In this document: positions 52,806-64,000 of the stretch, in pieces
How positions within the stretch are numbered: position 1 is the stretch's first letter
How the letters are laid out: every line of letters starts with the position of its first letter
NCBI GenBank assembly: GCA_964106645.2
Contig: OZ067038.1
From: Podarcis pityusensis
Taxonomy: Eukaryota
Reading direction: 5' to 3' (one strand)
Length of the DNA: 64,000 nt
Notes under the pieces: generated by a model
What the model was told of the DNA's origin: nothing
The model's input: only the letters and a program-made list of their open reading frames with translations
The model's database searches: none
Translations under genes and position numbers: made by a program

Positions 52806-54228
52806 AACAGAGCCTTACTGTGAAGACTGTTTAATCCCATACCCAGCAACTTGCACCAGTTGATGCAAGGATCACCTAGGTTGCTAAAAGCTTGTGTAGA
52901 GGGGAAAAACACAACAAATTTTCTGTTTTGTGGTGACTTTTATACTTCAGCTCCTTGCATGGCAGTGATCCCTTTTGTTCTTGTGCCTGAGGCTTGTGAG
53001 CGGTTTGCCACATATCAGGACCATGGGTTTAAAATGTCAGGCTGACCACTGGCCAGAAAAGGCGTTGAACCATTCACACAAGAGTGACGTGGAGTATTAG
53101 GCCGTATATTGTATGGCCACCCTTTGCTCCTACTATGTTACAGTGGCTTTCCATCATAGAACTCAAATGGTTTCTTTTATAAGGAGGGTATTCACTCCCT
53201 TTGAGTCTTTTAACTGATATTCCTCAACTACTAGCTTATCGCTCTGTCCTCTGTTGGTTTGCATATGTAGAAACATAGGAGGAAGATGCCTTATACCTAG
53301 TCAGTTTCTAGCTCTACACTAGGGATATAAGAAGACTTTGTTTTCCATTCCACCCTGTATTCTTTGCATACAGTAGTGTTCCCACTCTGCTGTAGTTCAT
53401 CCTCTGCCAAAAGGTACGTTATTCATCTTGCTGTCTACTGTGGCAAAATTGCACAACTTATGTGAGTTACATTGACATGGTGTTATTCCATCCCATTCAT
53501 GTCAATACAGAGGAAATACAGTGCAAAGCAGGGGGTGTCATAATCAGTTGCATATTGCTTGTGTACTGAAAGCAATAACAAACATAGCAGGCCAACCATA
53601 TTTGCTTAGGAAGGGATGAGCAGCCATTGGACACCACATCATTCCTCACAGTGCTTCTCCACCCCAGGAGTCAGCCAGCCACTCTGGTCTTGGCTTGACT
53701 GAGCTCTCCTCAGTCTTGTGTCTTCACCTACAAGGGGTGTGTCAGAGAGAGAGAGACAGAGACTGCAATATTAAGTGAAAGGAATGGTGATATTCTTGCC
53801 ACATGCAGACAGGCCAGTGGCTATTTGTCACAGGCAGCCAGGTCACTGACCATCTTGCTTGTGAGTCCTGGAAGACCTGCTTCCTCTCTTGCAAGCCTTT
53901 TTCCACCTGGCCTAGGAAGGCAGGGCCCTGACTGACTTGTCTGGCTGTTAGACTCTTGGGCTGTGGTATTATTTAAGGGGATTTTTTGGTGGGGGTTGCC
54001 GCTGTTATTTATATTTTTTTATATCTTTATTTTAGATCTTACTATGATTTATGTGGAAATTGTTTCAATTTGGTGGTGTATTTTTTGATCTTTTATATAT
54101 TGTTTATGATTATTTCTGTTCTGTTTGTAATTATTCCCCCTCCCCTGCCCCGTGTTGTAAGTTTCCTTGAGCCTAGTTTTAACTATAGAAAAGCAGCATG
54201 CAAATGAAATGGTGTGTGTATTTACAAA

Positions 54229-54620
54229 CAGTGCCGGATTTACGTATAAGCTAAAAAAGCTTAGGGCCCCACTCTTTTGGGGGCCCCCAAAAAATTTAAA
54301 GAAAAAAAACTGGATGTACAGTTCCAAAATATAAGATAAAAAACAAATAAAACAAAACCTACATACAGTTAGAGCTGAATAATTATTTCACTATTAATAT
54401 AATTCTTAATTGTATTTCACTACAGTATTAATATACTTCTTCTTAATTGTAGTTCAGTTCAACAAATCCTTTGATAAAATACATATTTTGCTATGTGCTA
54501 ATGGTTGTAGATACCTATGAGGTCCGTAAATTACCATATAGCATATATTCAACACAAAAAACAGCGACAATTTGTTGTTACAGAAAGCTTCAAAAACGAC
54601 ACTATGTAAATTGTCTACTT
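54229..54620. mobile_element. Partial non-autonomous DNA transposon (hAT-like)
   Basis: Starts CAGTGCCGGATTTAC...GGGCCCC, a common hAT-like terminus. The second terminus is not seen. Confidence 0.45.
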
Positions 54621-56927
54621 CCTTCTCATCTTGTGCAGGCATTTTGTTTGTCATATTCAGCAGATAGAAGATACAGTTCTGCATTAACATTTGATCCTTA
54701 GGAAATACCCTGGGCACCAGAAGCAGGAAACCGGTGTTACTATTTTTGAGTTCAAGAGAAAACCAATGAGAACTGGTCTGGGCAATGTTGTGAAAGCATG
54801 TTTTGAAAATAGAAATGGCTGCTGTTTCTCTCCCCCCCCCCCCCCCCCATCTTTCCTGTCGTGTGAAATTCTGAAGAATAGTTATAAATCTATTCACATA
54901 TATTATATTCTTAGATATGGCTAAATCCCAGCTTTGAGTGTCATTCACCATTTATGAAATTAGCCTTGCTGTGGCTCCTGCAACCGGTATACCAACCAAA
55001 CGGCAAAAGTACTGATAAGGAACCCTCTCTTGCTTTGGAACTGCTGATTTTGGCTGCTCTGGCAAACCTGCTATCAGTTTATCAGCAAAACAGGTGCAGC
55101 AAAGGCAAGTTTCTTTACAGCTTTTTCCTGTACAAAAGCTTGTATTGTCTCTGATCTCCTTGTAGTTGGCCTGAAGAAATCACCTGGCTAAGACTTGAAT
55201 TGGAACTCCCTGTCTGTTATATTAGCCACCAGAATGTCATAGTAACAAAATAGTCACTGTGTAAACATATTGGAGTTGTACTGGAGAGCTGGGACTCAGC
55301 TATTTTAGTCAAAAAACAATGATTTGAATGTGTTATTATAAACATGCAACACCAGTTGGCGCCAGAGAGCAGAAATCTTTTGTACGTGATTTTCCATAGG
55401 TCCTCCCCCTTTTGTTACAACTATCTAATTTCTGACTTATTTATAGCGTGTGTTTTTCCTGTATGTAGATCCATCCCTGATAGTAGAAATCAATCTTATA
55501 TTGACCATACTTTCCTTTGTCCTATTTTAAAGCAAACATGTTCTGTGTTTTCAGAAGTAGAACAAGAGAGAGCTATGTCTGAACATGCTGTGGCTTCCGA
55601 CCTTTAATACCTGGTGGATATCTTCTGTGTTGTCCTTTTTCCTTTCCTTTCAAGACTTTGTACCTGCCATTCCACTACCTGAAAGTATGAGCTCCAACCA
55701 GTGACTAGAAATAACAACAGATGAATCCTCCATATACAAACTCCAGTTGCACCTTAAAGAGACATGTATGATGCGTTATCTCCCCTGTGCAGCTATCTGA
55801 TATTAGCAGCCTGTTAATGGTCTTTAAGGCAGCAGTGAAACTCCTGTATGTAGCCATCTCAGATAGGAATATGTGAGGAGGCAGATATTAAGCTGTGTGC
55901 GGATATGAGCCAGGTCTGAAGTCCTAGCAGGCTGGTAGCTTGTCCTTTCAGCATGTTTGTGTCTGCTGAATGGAAGGAGACTTTGAATCTCAAGAGCTCA
56001 GTCAGGTGATGAATTGGGTTCTACCTTATGGAAGCTTCTGCCCCAATGAATCTGTTAGTCTTTTATATGCCACAATATTTTTTTTTGTCTCTTACTAGTG
56101 CACTAGCTTATGGCTCAACAAGATGGGTAAAGACTGGAACCTTGGGAGTAGGGGAGCTTTAGTCTCAATCCAGGTCAGGCCTCCCTCACCTCCTCTTCGT
56201 ATTGTGGGGGGCATAGTCTCCCCTTCATTCAAGAGGAAACGTTTCTTTAACATAATAGCAGACACATGGTGCCTGAGGCTGTTTGGAATCACATCAGGAG
56301 ACAAGGAGTTAAAGCCCCTATTCCACAGACACAAGAGGGTCCCAATCCAGGATGTTTCCTTATGTCATAAATGGCAAACGAAGACTCAGGGGCCAAATGT
56401 GTCCCTCCACGGGGATGTGGCCAAGCCACACACCTCACCAGTCCTGCTTTGAACCCCTCTAGATAATTTTTGTCTGGCTGGAATGTGTCCATGAACTCTT
56501 GATAGTGCTTTTTATTTGTCTTTTACAAAGGTAAAAAATTACATGCGTTGTTCTGTGCACTTTTTCCTCTGGCACCACCAAACAAAGTCATGTGGCCCCA
56601 GGAAGGAAGAAGGGAATATGGTCCTTGGAATGAGAAATGTTCCTCATCCTTGCCTTTATGTCCTTGTGGGTTCCTTGTAGCTCACACTGGGAAACAGAAT
56701 ACTGAACCAGGCAGACATTTGGTCTGATCTAGCAGTACTCTTATTGTGCAGCATCTGAGATTCCCTTCTTTCCCTGGTGCTTTGGGATTTAACTTGTAGC
56801 TGCATTCTAGCCTATGTGGCTTAAAGGTAACTGTGTACTTTGACTGGGACAGGGAGCATCCGATGGCATGTCATGTTGGAGTGTTGTGGGTATCAAGGAG
56901 TTAACACTCTGTGTTCAGTAGAAATGT

Positions 56928-56955
56928 TGACTCAGCATCATGTGATGAGTCAGCA
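56928..56955 (+). promoter_or_regulatory. Tandem NF-E2/ARE-like (AP-1 + Maf) motifs
   Basis: TGACTCAGCA (56928-56937) and ATGAGTCAGCA (56945-56955). Confidence 0.4.
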
Positions 56956-57023
56956 TCAGGAAACCAAGATATGGGGAGTTGCCTAATTGGTCTGTAGCCA
57001 GCTGGTATAAAAAGGTATGGTTG

Positions 57024-57024
<1 letters not shown>

Positions 57025-57060
<36 letters not shown>
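57025..57060. repeat. (CA)n microsatellite
   Basis: Directly visible. Confidence 0.95.
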
Positions 57061-57062
<2 letters not shown>

Positions 57063-57195
57063 GGGGCTTCTCCCCTGTGTGTAATCCCACTTATGTATGC
57101 TGATTCCTGAGTGTAAGAAGATTGCTTTATGATGACGCAAGACTGCAACTGGAATAGAGTGGCTGGGAAACCCAGCCAGATGGGTGGGGTATAAA

Positions 57196-57234
<39 letters not shown>

Positions 57235-58355
57235 GCCCTACTTAAAATACGGCTTGGTTCCTGAGTGCTTCATGTGGGGGCATCCTTATATCGCAGCATG
57301 TCCCTCTCTCTGCTGTATAACGTGATGGGTGGCCTTGAGCAAAAGCGCTTTCTCTCAGCCTAATTTCTACCTCACCAGTTGTGGCGAGAATAAATTGCTT
57401 CCCTGAGCAGGGCAGGGCGCGTGCAACAATGAAACAGTCTTCCCATGGAGCCTTGGAATGCAAGACCAAATTCCAAAAATATTTCACTGTCAAGCCAAAT
57501 TACCTGAGCATGGAAAAAAAGCTAAAATATGGCACATCCCTTATCCTCTCGCGTTGTTGTATTTCCTCGGTGAGAGTGTATGTGTGTGGACCCAAAGGTT
57601 CCCTATGGTGGCTTACCTAAATTATTAAAATTTAATGTTAGGAGCTCCAGGGCCTCACTTACCCAATTGGACATTTACGTGGAACCTCAGGTCTGTATAT
57701 GTTTACACATGAGGCTTTCCCCTCTCTTGGCCCTTGAGATGGGAGGCATAAAAGACCTCCTGTGACAGCAAGTCGAAGGGCCACGAGTGCAGCTGGAGCT
57801 TTAGCTAACACAGTGGGGAAAGAGCCTGCAGAACCACCCAGGAGCCTTGTGTGAGGGCAGGCTACAAGTACAAACCAGCCGCAAATAGAATAAAGTGTCT
57901 GCACATGTTTTCAGCTTGCTACTTCAGTTATTATTGCTAATCTTCACCCTGTATGAATAATCAAAAGCTTTGCTGCCCTCAAGTTCTGTGAATATTGAGT
58001 TGGAGGTCATTCAGACGCTAATTAAAATAGTTCTCTTGCCAGCACCATGTAGATAAAGAGGTTGAGGAACCAAGTTTTCTACTAGCTCTGGGTTCTTTTA
58101 TCAGTTTTCTTCAGCCCCTCCCCACCACCTTCCAAGTCAGGTTTCTACCCAAGCAGCCTACAGTATCGTTGAAAGCGCGTCTGCTGAATGATGAGCTGCA
58201 TTTACTGAAGTCCTTGTGTAGTTAGGAAATGCACTCTTTTCCAAGCAAAGTGTTCTTCCCCACCCACACTGTGTTCTGTTCAAGGTCACAGATATAGTTG
58301 GCAAGGCTGCTATATTCTTCTTTTTGTTGTTGAAAAATACTACAAAGCTGTAGTA

Positions 58356-58581
58356 CAGTGGTACCTCGGGTTAAGTACTTAATTTGTTCCGGAGGTCTGT
58401 TCTTAACCTGAAATTGTTCTTAACCTGAAGCACCACTTTAGTTAATGGGGCCTCCTGCTGCTGTCGCGCTGCCGGAGCATGATTTCTGTTCTTATCCTGA
58501 AGCAAAGTTCTTAACCTGAGGTACTATTTCTGGGTTAGCGGAGTCTGTAACCTGAAGCGTATGTAACCTGAGGTACCACTG
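58356..58581 (-). mobile_element. Tc1/mariner MITE, copy 3 (inverted relative to copies 1 and 2)
   Basis: TA-CAGTGGTACCTC...GAGGTACCACTG-TA. The internal sequence is the reverse complement of 35250-35491. Confidence 0.9.
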
Positions 58582-60672
58582 TATTCATTTTATGCCTTCA
58601 GTAGCTATTAGCTGTGGATTGGGGGCAGATATTCTAAGAAAATAGTTCATGGTTTGTTTGTTTTAGTTTTGATTTACAGAACTTTAACATTACAAATAGG
58701 AATTATTGAAAGCCCTCATCAGGGAAGACTAAAAGGATGATCTATTCTAGTGTCATGTTACAGTGGGTACCCTCAGGGAGGCTGAGCATAGGTCCAGGTT
58801 CAAAATGTAATCTAGAGGTGAGGTCAAGCAACAGGTGAATACCAAAAGGAATTAGATACAGCATAAGTTCAGGTCCAAGGAGCCAGAGACCTGTGTTATT
58901 TTCAGCAACTGGAAGGTTCAAAAGGAAGGCCTGATATCAAATCAAATCATTGGGTGTCCAATGCAGAGCACAAAAACTAGCAAAGCACAGAGAAGGAGTG
59001 TTCATTTGCAATATGGACATTGCACTTTGATCTTCTGTTTCTCTCAACTTTCCATTGTACTCATAGAATCATAGAGTTGGAAGAGACCACAAGGGCCATT
59101 GAGGCCAACCCCCTGCCAAGCAGGAAATGTACTCTCTGAGGACATTTCATGCATGTCTGTAGGATCCTGCAAACATTTTCCTGAGTAAGAGGAAGATGTG
59201 GAGAATGGCATCTCTGGGAAATATTTTAGGCTTTTTTTAGCTATATAGACTGTGCAAATGCAACATAGTAGGCTTCTGTGAAAATCTCGCTGTGTACCCT
59301 TTTGAGATCTACCAATTAATTGGTGTCGTGGTGGTCGTGGGGTAAATGTTTTGCAGTAAGTGTATAATTTTGGAAGAGGTCTCTTAGGTTTGTCTGGCTT
59401 TATGGCACCACCTTCTGGACATACTGTTAAATTATTCTGGCTCAACAAGGTTCATAGTTCTGAAGGTGGCACGACAACAAGGGCCCTTATTCATGCATTA
59501 CCTGGCAATATGTTTGCCATCTTGAAAAGTCAGAGCTGCGTGGCATATGCAAAGAGTAATCACACGGCTTGCCTGGGCATATGAGATGAGATGCTTTTCG
59601 CATAGGAACTAACCACACAATCCCGGTTCTCAGTGTGGTTTTCATAGTCATGGGGAGGAAAACCTGCATTATACCATTTAGGTTCCGAATTTATTTAACC
59701 CTTCACTGACCACTTATAGAGATGTTTAACAGCGACGTGTTTAGTAGTCAAGAGCAGCGTTTATGATAGTTCGTATTTCATTTATTGAAATATATTTTAT
59801 CTCAAATCTGTTTCATAAATTAATGATGGAAGTTTGGCTTCCTCATCTGTTGTTATTCTCTCCTCCACAGAACATGACAAGCTGTCAAGGATTGTGCATA
59901 GGCTAGAGACAGATTTATGTGCTTGATGAAAGCACTTGTAAATGCAAATGAGCAAACAACAGTTTTATTATTATTTGTGAAAGTCTGTACAGTAGAATTA
60001 CATTTTCTGGCTCCATGAATCTGACCAGTAATTACAAACAAAATCTGAACAGAAAGCAGAATCAGAATGTCTAGCTCCATATGAGCTCTTGCGAAGGAGG
60101 TTGCTTATTTCTGTAAGTGGTTTCTCCCTTCTAAAGGATACAAAAGCAGTTTGTCTAACATGCTGTCCCCCTCCCTTAAAAAACTTTCTATTGTACTTGC
60201 ATTTTGTTTGTAATTATGGCATTCATTGGGCTGTATGCAATATAATGCTAAAGTGAAGGTTCTGTTAGCACAATGGAACATGCTCCCCCTGTGTGACCCC
60301 TAAATCTGCCCTCCACAACTCTCCGGAGTAGTAGTAGTAGTAGTAATAATAATAATAATAAATTTATTATTTATACCCCACCCATTTGGCTGGGTTTCCC
60401 CAGCCACTCTGGGCAGCTTCCAGCAGAATATTAAAATACAATGATTAATCAGATATTAAAAGCTTCCCTAAACAGGGCTGTTTAATAAATTTAGAGATGG
60501 TGTGGGATGCACATGGGTGGAGTAGAGGAGGAAATACTGTTGTGCTAGTGCTAATCCTTGTGCTAGCACAGCTATTTAGTTGCATACCGCCCATTGTAGA
60601 CATGATGAAACGTACTATGATGCCTAGAACTTGCATCCTAGGATTGACACTTCTTCTCATTTCTCCATATAG

Positions 60673-62538
60673 ACAATTCCTCATCCCTTCTCGAAGATGA
60701 AGAGCTAGGCATGGAGGCAACCAGCTGGCAGCTGAATAGCACATCTGTAAATGGCCATAGTGAAACCCCAACAACAGCTCGTTTCCCCAGCTGGGTGACT
60801 TTTGATGACAATGAAGTCAGCTGCAATTCTCCATCCACTTTATCCCCCGTAAAAACAGATTCCCCACCATTAGTAGCAACTGCAGCAGCAGCAGCAGTCA
60901 CAACAACACAGATCACAGATGTGAACTCTCTTACCCTCTCCTCATCCTTTAAGAAAAGGGAACGCCCCAGAAGTGCATTGGCTGACCTCCCTAAAATTCA
61001 GAAACTAGACCTTTCCTCAATAACCAGCTTGCCTTTGTTTAGTGGGACACCCCCTTGGAGTGCTACTAACCCTTTCCTTGACGAATCCCTGAGGGATGTT
61101 CAGCCTTCTCCTATCAACCCGTTCAGCTCTTTCTTTGAAGAACGGGACAGGCATTCTCAAACCTCTCCCATTTCTGGCAGAAACCAGAGAGACTCCCTCA
61201 TTATCCTCCATCAGGAGCCTGACTGCATCAGCTTTAATGAGCCAAGTAGACACCTCAGGCACAGAGATGCTGTCGAGCAGCTCAAGCAACTCCAGATCGG
61301 GGACCCAGATCAGCTGAGCAGTCCTACTCTGCCCGACGATGACCCCACAGTGCCAACTGAGCTATACAGCACCGTGTCCTTTCTGGGGCCACCTCCGCGA
61401 AAAGATGGCTGGCCAATGATGCTGAGGATACCAGAAAAGAAGAACATCATGTCATCTAGACACTGGGGGCCGATTTACGTCAAGCTGACCGAGAGCAGGT
61501 ACTTGCAGCTCTTTTACGAGAAGGGATTGGAAAAGCCTTTCAAGGAATTCAAGCTTGACATCAGCCATGAGATTTCAGAACCCAAACTCCAGAACTATGA
61601 TGAGAATGGGAGGATACACAGTGTGAGGATAGATCGCATCACCTACAAGGAAAAGAGGAAGTACCAGCCAAAGCCTGCTGTCTCTCACATAGCGGAGAGG
61701 GAGCAGGTTATCAAGCTGGGTACCACCAGCTATGAAGACTTCCTCAGCTTCATCAGGGCGGTCCAGGATACACTAATGGATTTGCCTGCCTCGTCAACAG
61801 ACCTGAGCACAGTGGGATTGAACTACCAAGAGGAGGAAATCACTGTGGATGTAAAGGACGAGTTCTATGGCACCTTGGCCAAAAGAGACAATAGGATTTT
61901 GCAGCACAATGTGTTGACCCGAGTGCACGTTCTCACTTTCCTTTCTGGCCTGGCGGAATGCAGGCTGGGTCTCAACGATGTCCTTGTCAAAGGGAACGAA
62001 ATCGTCTCGCGGCAGGACATCATGCCCACTACCACCACCAAGTGGATTAAGCTGTACGATTGCCAGTTCCACTCCTGTGTGGAGGAGGAGGCGTTCGCCA
62101 GCGCCCGCGTCATTCAGTTTAACCCCTTGGACGCCTGCAGGTTTGAACTGATGCGCTTCAGAAGCGTGTTTTCCGAGAAGACGTTGCCTTTCACCTTGAG
62201 GGTTGCAGCTAGCATCAACGGCGCTGAGGTGGAGCTCCAGAGCTGGCTGATGATGTCTCCGGGGTTCTCCTCCAACAGAGACCCTCTCACTCAGGTCCCC
62301 TGTGAAAATGTGATGGTCCGCTACCCAGTGCCACAGGAGTGGGTGAAAAACTTCCGCAGAGATAGTGTCCTCGGGGAAAAGTCTTTGAAAGCAAAGGTGA
62401 ACAAAAGCGCCAGCTTTGGATCCACCAGTGTGTCCGGTTCTGAGCCAGTAATGAGAGTAACACTAGGAACTGCCAAATATGAGCATGCCTTTAATTCCAT
62501 CGTGTGGAGGATAAATCGGCTGCCCGACAAAAACTCTG
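60673..62538 (+). CDS. STON2: Stonin-2 large coding exon: WVTF motif, two NPF motifs, stonin-homology domain and most of the mu-homology domain
   Basis: Acceptor ttctccatatag|AC (DNSSSLLEDEELGM), donor G|GTGGGT after RLPDKNS, 1866 nt. DGWPMMLRIPEKKNIMSSRHWGPI and AKYEHAFNSIVWRI identify stonin-2. The gene continues beyond the window. Confidence 0.97.
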
Positions 62539-64000
62539 GTGGGTACTCGTGCTTCAACTGGGTAATAATACTGGGAAAAGTTGTATTTTGGGTGCTGGGT
62601 CATATTGGAGTAACGTGCAACATTAATGGATCAAACGGTGTTCTGTCAGAAGGTGCAAACAGAATGCCTGCATAAAGCGAAGTAATTACATTTTTTGAAG
62701 ATATGAAAATTTGCAACAGTAATAGTAGTAATTAAACATAGCAGTACTTGATTGTATTGAATATCACTTCTCATGGTTCTTAATTGCCTCCCCTTTTTTT
62801 CGTTTTGCTTTTCTTCCCACCATCCCCCAAAATCTGGCTCTGCTTACCCCAAGAGTTTATAGGAGTCTCCTCAAAGAGCAACAATTCCCAGCACCCTTAA
62901 GGAACTGTAGTTCCCAGAATTCTTTGGGGGAAGCAAAGACTGTTAAAGTGGTAAACGAGTGCTTTAAATGTATGATGTATAAGGTGATACAGGAAAAACT
63001 TTGTTGGAGAAGTTTGTTTGAGAACCCTTTGCAAGAAAAACTTAGCAGCGTATGCACAGGGTCTAGTTAAACTGCCCAGATACTTGTTTAGGTAAAAATA
63101 TCAAAAATGAGAAGGCAGAATGGACCCCACCATCCTTCTCTTCTTTTCTCAGTATTTCATTTTTCTCCTCATCCCGTTTACCATTCAAAGCCTAGTCTCA
63201 CTGTCCTTCAACTCCTTTCTTTCTCCCTTCTATCACAAGCTGTGGCAAAAAACAAAAGCCCTATTATATGAAAATGTATTTTTTAAACATTTTATACCTC
63301 ACATTTCAAAATAAAAGCTTCAAGGCAACTTGGCAAGCATGAACTGAAACATCCAGTGAGAAATTAAGAAACTATATACTAGACACAGCAATAAAAACCA
63401 ATTCAGCAGAGGTTAAAAAGACTAAAAGGAGAAACATCGAATAATCAAAATGACAATAAAAGCATTAACAAAAACAACCTCGATCAAAAGGAATCTGAAC
63501 AACAGGTGTTAGAATCCAGGTATGTCCTGGAGAAGGTAAGAATTGCATCGATGGCTGGTTTGTTTGCTTTTCTCTACTTTGAAATGGGACTGGGGTGGGG
63601 CGAGAGGACAACAGACCAAAACTGACATTCTGCATATGTTTGGGAAGAAGGATTTCCTCACAACTTCCTATCTAGGAAGAAAGAAAGCTCAGAGTCAGAG
63701 CTTTCAGGCATTGGCTCTGGCACTATTATGATTTGGCTGTGGAATAAGTGTGTTAAGCCAAAAGGCATATGCCCAGCTTTATGCAGAATCCCATTTTTCT
63801 AACCTTGTGCACCCTTCATATCTGCTGCTGGGCCTTGTTCTGACAGGCTGTAAACCTCTCTGGGCTGAACCACTTTAGGCTGCAGGTAGAAGCTGACATG
63901 AATAAAACTCCTATATTCCAAAGCCTCCAAACACAGAGAGCTTGATGGGCAGGGGGGATGCTATAATAAACCCTTCTCCCTAACATCTGATTTAATTCAG

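Noticed and set aside
54454-54951. 165-aa minus-strand ORF
   Set aside because: Spans a transposon remnant and a poly-C tract, with no domain similarity or splice context.
59871-59927. Strong-looking acceptors in intron 3 (also near 31214, 37707, 55554)
   Set aside because: The phase-1 frame hits a stop before any credible donor.
62539-62675. C-terminal tail of the 654-aa ORF (GYSCFNWVIILG...RMPA)
   Set aside because: Read-through into the intron past the G|GTGGGT donor. Stonin-2 similarity stops at RLPDKNS and the mu-homology domain is incomplete.

Overview
Vertebrate genomic DNA, very probably a lacertid lizard, judged from Sauria/Squam SINEs, BovB, CR1, L2, RTE and hAT/mariner MITEs. The window holds the 5' part of STON2 (stonin-2, endocytic AP-2/synaptotagmin adaptor) on the + strand. 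It has a CpG-island promoter at about 6.1-7.2 kb and four coding exons (18396-18483, 19949-20212, 23718-23915, 60673-62538). These give about 805 codons, and all flanking introns are phase 1. The last coding exon(s) lie beyond the window. Most of the rest is intron with many transposon insertions, several nested or with perfect target-site duplications. The most interesting signals are regulatory: (1) a CpG-rich exon-like segment in intron 3 (about 35.8-36.0 kb) that could be an alternative first exon for a short isoform starting at Met 60711; (2) three uORFs before the start codon, one overlapping it as AUGA; (3) an intact sense-oriented solo LTR with a full promoter motif set; (4) a candidate 30-nt in-frame microexon; (5) a tandem NF-E2/ARE-type site. 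I found no evidence for a wholly new gene system. Almost all short ORFs in the track look spurious. Family names and human comparisons are from memory, not database searches.
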